From positions 6,149 to 30,311 of the forward strand of contig JBOEGF010000009.1 in the NCBI GenBank assembly GCA_050633305.1: a stretch of DNA of 24,163 nt, read 5' to 3'. This document shows positions 17,661 to 24,163 of the stretch, in pieces. This DNA comes from Nannocystales bacterium (GTDB taxonomy: Bacteria; Myxococcota_A; Polyangia; Nannocystales; Nannocystaceae). Below the pieces are notes generated by a model. That model saw nothing but the letters and a program-made list of their open reading frames with translations, did no database searches and was not told the DNA's origin. A program made the translations under genes and the position numbers. How positions within the stretch are numbered: the first letter of the stretch is position 1; each line of letters opens with the position of its first letter.

Positions 17661-17955
17661 AGGGGCTCGAGGCACTGCTGGGTTGTCGCCATACTCGACC
17701 CTGCGTCCGCCTTTCTCCGGCTCCCCCAAACAGTGACAACGCCGAGAGAAAAGCGCGGTCCTCGTCCACGATCTTTGATCCACGGCCGCGCGTTTCCAAC
17801 CGCGTTTGGGGCGGGTGATGGTCAGCCGGTCGACCGCTTGCCAGACACGGCCCTCCCCGTCCGATGAGGGCCGTGTCTTGTGGGTGATGACCGCGCGACG
17901 GATTCAGGGCACTTGGACCACTCTAGCCACCAGCCGCGGACGGTATGCTCCCCGC

Positions 17956-18495
17956 ATGGGACATCGTGTCGGGCCGGTGACGGAGCGACTCATCCTCCGC
18001 GCAATGACGCCGGGCGATGCTGAGGCCTTCTTCCGCCTCAACAGCCACCCCGAGGTGATGCGCTACACGGGTGAGCCACCAATGCCCAGCGTGCAGGAGG
18101 CACGCGAGGCGATCGCGAACTATCCGGACTGGGATGATCCCGGCTACGGGCGCTGGGCTTGTGTGTTGAAGTCCGAGGGCGAGGACGCGGAGCTGATCGG
18201 GTTCTGCGGCCTGAAACGTCTGCGCGAGACGGGCGAGGTCGACATCGGGTACCGGCTCCTTCCAGAGTACTGGGGGCGCGGCTTGGCGACCGAGGCGGCT
18301 CGGGCGACGTTGGCATTCGGCTTCGGGACGCTCGGGTTGAGCGAGATCGTGGCCATGGTCTTGCCCGGGAACGAGCCCTCGATTCGTGTGTTGACCAAGC
18401 TCGGCTTGGTCCGGGCCGAGGACATCGAGTATTGCGGCGAGCGCGTGCAGCGGTGGGTCATCACCGCCGACCAGCAGGAACCCCTGCTGAGCTGA
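17956..18495 (+). CDS. GNAT family N-acetyltransferase, RimJ/RimL-like (179 aa)
   Basis: Characteristic motifs TERLILR, LIGFCGL, VDIGYRLLPEYWGRGLATEAA and NEPSIRVLTKLG. ATG 17956 has TATGCT 6 nt upstream. Confidence 0.93.
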   Translation: MGHRVGPVTERLILRAMTPGDAEAFFRLNSHPEVMRYTGEPPMPSVQEAREAIANYPDWDDPGYGRWACVLKSEGEDAELIGFCGLKRLRETGEVDIGYRLLPEYWGRGLATEAARATLAFGFGTLGLSEIVAMVLPGNEPSIRVLTKLGLVRAEDIEYCGERVQRWVITADQQEPLLS

Positions 18496-18577
18496 TCCGT
18501 TCGGGCTGTAGCCGAGACCACTCCCGGGCCATGGGCCGACACGAGCGGCGGAGGCTCGAGGACCGACGGCTACGGAG

Positions 18578-19042
18578 CGAGTCCTCGATGACCCCGTGCC
18601 GATGGAAGAGGAGCTTCGTCTCGCCTACGTGGCGCTCACCCGAGCCAAGCGTCACCTGATACTCAGCATCGCCGCGCGTCGCCATATCTTCGGCCAAACA
18701 CAGGTCGGCACCCCCCTCGCGCTTCCTCGGCGACCTTCCTCGCGAGCACACGCACCGCGTCGGGGACGAGCCGTCCTCCGGCGGCTCCGGGCGATGCTCT
18801 GCCCATCGCCAGCAGCCGAGTCGTGGTAGGACGACATCGATCCCGACATCGCGTTCGACGAGCCCGAGGACGTGTCGATCTACGTCGGCATGATGGTACG
18901 GACGCCGACGTTTGGCGACGCCGAAAAGATCGGCTGGTCCGGCTCGGGCACGAAGATGAAGCTTCAGCTCCGCCTACTAAGTCGCGAGGCCAAGACCATG
19001 CTGGCGACATTCGTCGAGCCGCTGCGAGCGACGCGACCGTGA
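18578..19042 (+). pseudogene. Frameshifted 3' fragment of a UvrD/PcrA SF1 helicase gene
   Basis: Motif VI-like MEEELRLAYVALTRAKRHLILS. A frameshift at the C-run near 18710-18716 separates GTP from SRFLGDLP, and there is an in-frame TAG at 18827-18829. A Tudor-like CTD follows (YVGMMVRTPTFG...GSGTKMKLQLR...KTMLATFVEP). Walker motifs are absent. Confidence 0.85.
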
Positions 19043-19057
19043 CGGCGTCGCCGCGGG

Positions 19058-21295
19058 CTACCAACGCGCAGCCACCGACGTCGTGAACGGAACCGCCTTC
19101 GGCTTGCCCTTCACCTTCGTCGAGACGACGATGTCGAGCATGCGATAGCGGGTATGCTCGTGCGAGTTCTGCGAGGCAAGGGTAAGCACGACGCGTGCAC
19201 CCTTGATGGTCTCCTCGTTGTCCTTCTTCTCTTTGACCTGCTCGAATGTGATCTTCGCTGCATCGCCATTGATGAGTGCCTCCTTGACGCCCTCGATCGC
19301 TCCGCTGAGCTCAAGCACCGCGGTGACTTTGTCCTTGTGCAGGTAGGCTTGAACTTTCGTCACGCCACTGGGAGGGGACTTCTTTGCGGGTACGCGGTTG
19401 ACGAGCTTGACTGGGTGCCATTCGACGTCGTTGGGCCAGGTGTTCCCGCACGGAGCTTCGCCTGACTCCGCGAGGCTGACGTACAGAAGTTTGTCGGTGG
19501 CCGCCGTCGACAGAGACACCATTCTCGATTGCTGTCCTTTCTTTCTGGCGTCGAAGTGGACGTTCTGTCCGCCGGTTGCATCGCGGACACACAGCCAACC
19601 GTTGTTCGAACCGAGCGTCGTCGCCTGGACCCGGATGAGATTCGCGCTGATGCGGCTGATCTCCTGCACTTCGATCCTCGGCGGCCTTGGATATGAGGCC
19701 ATGATCTCTCGTTGAGGAAAATGAGTCGAGGCGGCTCGACGGCGCTGCCGAAGGTTGCGTGTGGACGAGCGCTCGTACGTGGGGAGAAAACGCGTTTCGA
19801 CGTCGACGTCGATGAGCTGCTCGATCGTCGGAGACGAGGCGGGGCCGATCGCAGATCGGGTGGCAACGCCGAGGTCGGCAGGCGCCCTTGTCGTCGGCTC
19901 TTTCTTCGCTTCGTCTTCTTCCGCCTCGGTCTTCGCGAGCACCAGCAGTTCTCCGACGAAGTTAGAGTCCAGCAGGCGTCTCTGGTATCCGCGGCCGTTC
20001 CTACGAGGGAGGCTCTCCTTGCCGTTGTAAGTGATACGCACGGATGCCGGGCCCGTAACCTCGGCATGGAACTCGGGGTTGCGGGCCACCGCAGAGAACC
20101 GCCGCAGCTTCTCCCGCGTTCCGCCTGCCTCGGCGAGAAGGAGAAGTGATTGGATGGGGAGGGCTCCCCCGACTGCGCCTGACAACTGGCTGAGCTTGGT
20201 CGAACTGTCGGAGATGAACGAGGAGAACCCGCCCGGGGCGATGGCGACGACACGCAGGTCGTCGTTGGCAAACGTCGATCTGTAGGTCTCGAGTCCTCTC
20301 TTGGACACGGGACTCCTCTCGGAGCAGCCGGTCACGAGCGGATCGATTGGTCCGCCGCGGTCGTAAAACGCGTCGATGTCGTCCAGGAGCGTGAGGGCGT
20401 CGTTCTGCTTCCCGGGCAACTGGTCGTCGCCGGAGGTGCGATCGTACGCCTCCTGCTCACAGTACTGGAGTGCCTGGTATGCCGCGAAACACTCATCTAC
20501 ACAGGTCTTCGTGTTCAGCAAGCGGATCGTGGCCGCGGCGGTGTAGTCGAACTGCGTCGTAGCCCCTGGGGTGAAGGCGACGGTGAAAGGGACGGAGAGA
20601 AGGCGGTATCCAGCCGGGACGGCGCCCACGTTGTAGAGCTGCATGAGCGCCCGACCTCCGAGGATCGCGTCGGCGGTTGCGTACAGCACTTCATGAAACG
20701 GTGCTGTCAATCCTTCGGAGGGCAGCGGAGTCGCGGTCAACCCCGTTCCAGGCACGGTCGCGCTCCCGACGAGAGAACTTTCCGAGTTGGCGGTCTGCCC
20801 GGAGGTCGACCCCGCGTTTTCACTCGAGGCTACGATCTCGGAGGAGTCCGCGGTCGACCCGGGCTGTCCATTCTCGTCGACACCAACCGAGACATCGTAG
20901 GACTGACTCGTATTGGAGTTGGACCCTTGCGTGGCGCCCGATGTGGACTCGACCGAACTCGACGTGGGCGTCAGCGACTGGATCGTCACCTTTCCCGTGC
21001 CCGAACGTTTGACCGTGAATCCACGGTCGGCGTTTCGGCTGGACTTGATCTCGTTGTAGACGGTCTGGGCGTTGAGCAAAGGGCTGAGGTTGAGCCGCGT
21101 GGACTTCTCCGAGATCTCCCGCGCTACGCCGAAGTGCACGTTGATCTGCCCGCGTTCGTCCTCCATCCGGGGACACGACAACACGTGCTTTCCGCACCAT
21201 TGTCGTGGTCGAAGGGGCTTGGACTTCGTTGCGCAGCCTCCAAGCGCAAGCAAGCCGAGGGCGAGGAGCAGAGGAGGGTTGATCAATGGACGCAT
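19058..21295 (-). CDS. Large hypothetical lipoprotein (745 aa)
   Basis: Probable start at ATG 21295 (MRPLINPPLLLALGLLALGGC, lipobox LGGC). It has a Ser/Thr-rich segment, a small Cys-rich insert and a Lys-rich beta-like C-terminus, with no recognisable catalytic motif. Confidence 0.75.
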   Translation of the reverse strand: MRPLINPPLLLALGLLALGGCATKSKPLRPRQWCGKHVLSCPRMEDERGQINVHFGVAREISEKSTRLNLSPLLNAQTVYNEIKSSRNADRGFTVKRSGTGKVTIQSLTPTSSSVESTSGATQGSNSNTSQSYDVSVGVDENGQPGSTADSSEIVASSENAGSTSGQTANSESSLVGSATVPGTGLTATPLPSEGLTAPFHEVLYATADAILGGRALMQLYNVGAVPAGYRLLSVPFTVAFTPGATTQFDYTAAATIRLLNTKTCVDECFAAYQALQYCEQEAYDRTSGDDQLPGKQNDALTLLDDIDAFYDRGGPIDPLVTGCSERSPVSKRGLETYRSTFANDDLRVVAIAPGGFSSFISDSSTKLSQLSGAVGGALPIQSLLLLAEAGGTREKLRRFSAVARNPEFHAEVTGPASVRITYNGKESLPRRNGRGYQRRLLDSNFVGELLVLAKTEAEEDEAKKEPTTRAPADLGVATRSAIGPASSPTIEQLIDVDVETRFLPTYERSSTRNLRQRRRAASTHFPQREIMASYPRPPRIEVQEISRISANLIRVQATTLGSNNGWLCVRDATGGQNVHFDARKKGQQSRMVSLSTAATDKLLYVSLAESGEAPCGNTWPNDVEWHPVKLVNRVPAKKSPPSGVTKVQAYLHKDKVTAVLELSGAIEGVKEALINGDAAKITFEQVKEKKDNEETIKGARVVLTLASQNSHEHTRYRMLDIVVSTKVKGKPKAVPFTTSVAARW

Positions 21296-21441
21296 CGGAC
21301 TTCTCGTTTGCTTCTTTCGTGCGCACATCGGGTGCGCGCGACTCGTAGTGCGTCTCGACGTCCGTTCCGTCACTTCGACCGTCGGTTTCTTGGGTAGCAG
21401 GCGGCCGGAGGGCCGCGATACCGACCCGCGACAACCACCAC

Positions 21442-21504
21442 TTTTCTTCGTTTCGATGTGATCCGTTGGTGCCTTTTTCTTCGTTTCGATGTGATCCGTT
21501 GGTG
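21442..21504. repeat. Tandem duplication: two identical 30-bp units with 33-bp period
   Basis: TTTTCTTCGTTTCGATGTGATCCGTTGGTG at 21442-21471 and 21475-21504. Confidence 0.92.
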
Positions 21505-21732
21505 TCTTCCCGGACTCTCGAGAAGCATGCAACAACGACGAAAAACCGTCCTGTAGCTCGGTGGCTTCGGTTCTTCGCTGCTTCTGTACGGCCTCGAAGA
21601 CGACGACGTGGTGTTTAGTCCCGACGCGTACGTGTCCGACGAGGGTTTCGAACTCACCGCCGCTCGACTCACTACGCGTTTCGACCGCGCGCGGTTCGAT
21701 CACCTCTGCGAGCAAAGTCGGCCGCGAGGGCG

Positions 21733-22008
21733 GTGATCGAGTTCGCGGCGGAGCTCGCCGACCTGGCCCTCTACGGGGCGTCGGTCGAAGAGGTCGACGC
21801 GTTCAACGACCAGCTCCTCATGGCTGCGACGGACGCGCACGAGCCGGACGACGACGGCATCACGCCGCGTGCGTCCGGTTCGTGGGAGACCTGCGTCCGC
21901 GAAGGTGCGAGCGCGGGCTCGCAACGGCATCACCACGCGGTTCATCGGATCGCGGTACGGCGCAAGTCTCAGCGAGAAGGTCTCGTTCTACAGCGAAGTC
22001 GCTACTAG
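21733..22008 (+). pseudogene. Possible gene fragment (acidic helical region ending DDDGITPR)
   Basis: The first ~55 codons are protein-like (IEFAAELADLALYGASVEEVDAFNDQLLMAATDAHEPDDDGITPRASGSWETC). The tail looks out of frame and there is no signal peptide. Confidence 0.35.
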
Positions 22009-22285
22009 GCACCCGGCCGGGCGCACGAATCCCTCCGCTCGTTCGGGTCCCTCACTCGCGCACGGCGACCGCCTCCGTGGCGTCGTCCAGCCGATCCACG
22101 TTCCGTCGTCGAGCTCGACGTCCATCAGGCCGCCGGCGTTGCGGTCGTCAAGGTTCAGCTCGCTGCCGAAGCTCGACCCGCGGTGGCCGAGCGTGGGCCC
22201 GGCGCGCATGAGGGGTGGGCGTCCGCCGAGTCGCGCGCCCTCTGAGAGACGAACAGACCTTCCTCGAGCATGTATGCGTCCAAGT

Positions 22286-22361
22286 GAAACGAAGTGGGAA
22301 AAATCCGATGCGGAGGAGTGCGGCTTCGCGCCGTCGAGGGCGGTGGCCGCGGAGCGGACCA
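22286..22361 (+). repeat. Dispersed 76-bp repeat, copy 2
   Basis: Direct-orientation ungapped match to 13187-13262. Confidence 0.85.
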
Positions 22362-22420
22362 GGGGGGAGACGAGCCTCTTGGTCTCGGCCGTCTTGGACG
22401 ACGGTGCTGGCTCGCGCCTC

Positions 22421-22499
22421 TCGCATGGACATCTCCGTGTGCGGTCGATGGAGCGGGTCCGTGGCGGTCATTCGCTTCACGACTCCGAGGACATCGCCG
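22421..22499 (+). mobile_element. Decayed 3' end of an IS91-like transposase gene, copy 2
   Basis: tcgcatggacatctccgtgtgcg...ggtcattcgctt...ccgaggacatcgccg aligns with the reverse complement of 14400-14481 (DISVC...EDIA). Confidence 0.55.
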
Positions 22500-23083
22500 G
22501 CCCTCAACCCCGCCGGCACCCACAACAGCTCGAAGGCCTCCCGTCACGAAGGAGACTCGGGATCGCCCGGAGCGGCCCGGACGGAGAGTGCAGGGTTGCG
22601 TTGGGCGGACGAGCCTGTGGATACTTCCAACCATGTTCCGGCGTCGGTCGGACGATCGCGACAGCCTATCGCGTGCGCCTCTCGGCGCCTCGTGTGCCTG
22701 TACCTGGTTGCGTGCGAGCGCCACCCCACGACGGCCCCGACGAGCGACGACCGCCCCCATCCGAAACAAGCGCCCGGGAGGGAGACGCCCCAGGACCCAC
22801 AAGAGACCGCGCCGCAGAAGACGACCAGCACGCAGTTGTCCGCGCGGCCTTCTGCGCCGCCCGAGGACCCAGCTCCGGCGCGCGTGCCCAAGGTGCCCAC
22901 GCTGTGGCGGACCTCGACGGATTGATCAGGGGCACAGGATCGTCGAAGCCTGACCTCTGCCTTTGTGTTGTTCGGCCGCGGCCTCGTCCGTACCACAGTG
23001 TCGATGCGATGCAGACGCGGTTGAACCCAGCACAGCGGCCGGGAGGTACGGCTTGGGCCGACCCGGCGGTGTAGTCTCGATCC

Positions 23084-23914
23084 GTGCGCAGCGTTTTCGT
23101 GGCCTGTGTCCTCGTCGTGAGGGCGTGCGGAGTCGGCGGAAGAACGGACACGCTTGGAACGGGCTCGGGCGGGGTCGGGCCGGAGGCGACGGGAGTCGGG
23201 GGCGGCTCAACAGGTGTCCCGATGGGCCCCGACACGGAGCCGGATACAGAGACCGAGACCGAGACCGGAGGGGATGACGAGGCGTGGAAAGAGCCGCCGT
23301 CGTGTGACGGGCTCGAGCTTCCTGGGACGGCCGCCGAACTCGCATCGACCCCGCGCCCGAATCGTTCAGCGGAGCTGTTGGCGTTGAGCACCGACGCGTC
23401 CGCGCTGGTGGCCCCGGACGAAGCCTACTCGCTCATTGCGGCCGCCCTCGAAGCTATCGTCGAGCTCGACCCGGGCCTGGAGGACATCACGCCAGAGTGC
23501 TCCCAGCGTGGCCGGCTTCAGTTCTGGTGGGAGGACTCTCCGCTTCCGGATGTGATCTGGCGCGGTGAGTACCGAGCGTGGGAGTGCCACAACGACTGGT
23601 TTGGAGTCTCCACCACCTATCGCCTCGACGGCAAGGCATACGGGCTCGAACTCGACAAGGTGGTCGGCAGTGCTCTGGTGGACGCCTACCAAACCCTTCC
23701 TGGGTTTGAGGACGCCGACGTCTCGCAATGCTGGTACCGCGAAGGGCTTTGCGATCCGGACTGCGAGCAGACTGCGTTTCGGAACATCGAGCTGCAGGTC
23801 TTCAGCGGAGCATCGTCTGCTCGCGAGTACCGGTTCGTGGGGCGGACTAAGGAAAATCCGGTGGACGTGCGGTACCGGGTGGAGCCCGGACAGGCGCCGC
23901 AGTTGGTTCCGTGA
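23084..23914 (+). CDS. Hypothetical secreted/lipoprotein with Gly/Thr linker and Cys-containing domain (276 aa)
   Basis: MRSVFVACVLVVRAC signal-like N-terminus, a G/T/E linker including TETETET, and a globular domain with several Cys and Trp. TAGTCT lies 6 nt before the GTG. Confidence 0.75.
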   Translation: MRSVFVACVLVVRACGVGGRTDTLGTGSGGVGPEATGVGGGSTGVPMGPDTEPDTETETETGGDDEAWKEPPSCDGLELPGTAAELASTPRPNRSAELLALSTDASALVAPDEAYSLIAAALEAIVELDPGLEDITPECSQRGRLQFWWEDSPLPDVIWRGEYRAWECHNDWFGVSTTYRLDGKAYGLELDKVVGSALVDAYQTLPGFEDADVSQCWYREGLCDPDCEQTAFRNIELQVFSGASSAREYRFVGRTKENPVDVRYRVEPGQAPQLVP

Positions 23915-23924
23915 CCGCCGCGCT

Positions 23925-24121
23925 GAGGAGGAGTTCAATGCCGTCGTCGCTCGCGAGCTGAACGCGATTCGTGGCACCGGCGAGAAGTTCTTCGCCGATG
24001 GCCCGGTATCCAGACCGTGCTCGGCGAGGAGAAGGTCTTCGACCACTGCATCTACACCCTCGCCAACGCCGTCGCCGCGGACATCGTTCATCAGACCGCC
24101 CATACGGTGGAACGCCGGTGA
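23925..24121 (+). mobile_element. Internal fragment of a Y1 HUH transposase (RAYT/IS200-like), frameshifted
   Basis: FNAVVARELNAIRGTGEKFF / QTVLGEEKVFDHCIYTLANAVAADIV resembles the ARxLN...G..(W/F)...YxxxNPVxAGLV region of REP-associated tyrosine transposases. There is a frameshift near 24000 and the HUH motif is missing. Confidence 0.6.
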
Positions 24122-24163
24122 GAGGGACGTTGTGTTCCCGGCGGGCACGGTTCGGATGCGGCT

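Noticed and set aside
17806..17955. 50-aa N-terminal extension of the GNAT ORF
   Set aside because: The family motif TERLILR lies just after Met 17956, which has its own -10-like element.
21442..21504. Possible CRISPR repeat
   Set aside because: Only two units separated by 3 bp, with no spacers and no cas genes.
21296..21715. 140-aa N-terminal extension of the 885-aa ORF call
   Set aside because: It is low-complexity, spans the tandem duplication, and would bury the clear lipoprotein signal starting at 21295.
21869..23074. 401-aa and other overlapping ORFs in 21.9-23.0 kb
   Set aside because: They are Arg/Pro/Ser-rich with no motifs and run across a repeat and a transposase remnant, so this was treated as decayed non-coding DNA.

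Overview
High-GC window that looks myxobacterial (Nannocystaceae-like, judged from the style of its orphan lipoproteins). The left half (1-11.4 kb, minus strand) is a translationally coupled three-gene operon: a 928-aa HEAT/ARM-like protein, a 2201-aa WD40 + HEAT-repeat protein, and a ~603-aa protein with a degenerate SWIM finger and a C-terminal WGR-like domain. Directly after it is a non-coding stretch carrying the motifs I recall from the Mx162-type retron msr/msd (AGC branch site, GGCGGCG-UUG-CGCCGCC hairpin, CAAGGTAGnCTGTTC). The window cuts this RNA off, and the predicted reverse transcriptase should lie just beyond position 1. This is the best candidate system: a myxobacterial retron with a very large scaffold-type accessory module. 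The right half (11.5-24.1 kb) is an accessory region with five orphan lipoproteins, a membrane protein and a RimJ/RimL GNAT gene. These are interleaved with decayed IS91-like and RAYT-like transposase ends, a frameshifted uvrD/pcrA 3' fragment, a dispersed 76-bp repeat, a tandem duplication with 33-bp period and a 28-bp palindrome. Four genes have TAnnnT 6-7 nt before the start codon, suggesting leaderless mRNAs. All family assignments are by eye and from recall; no searches were run.
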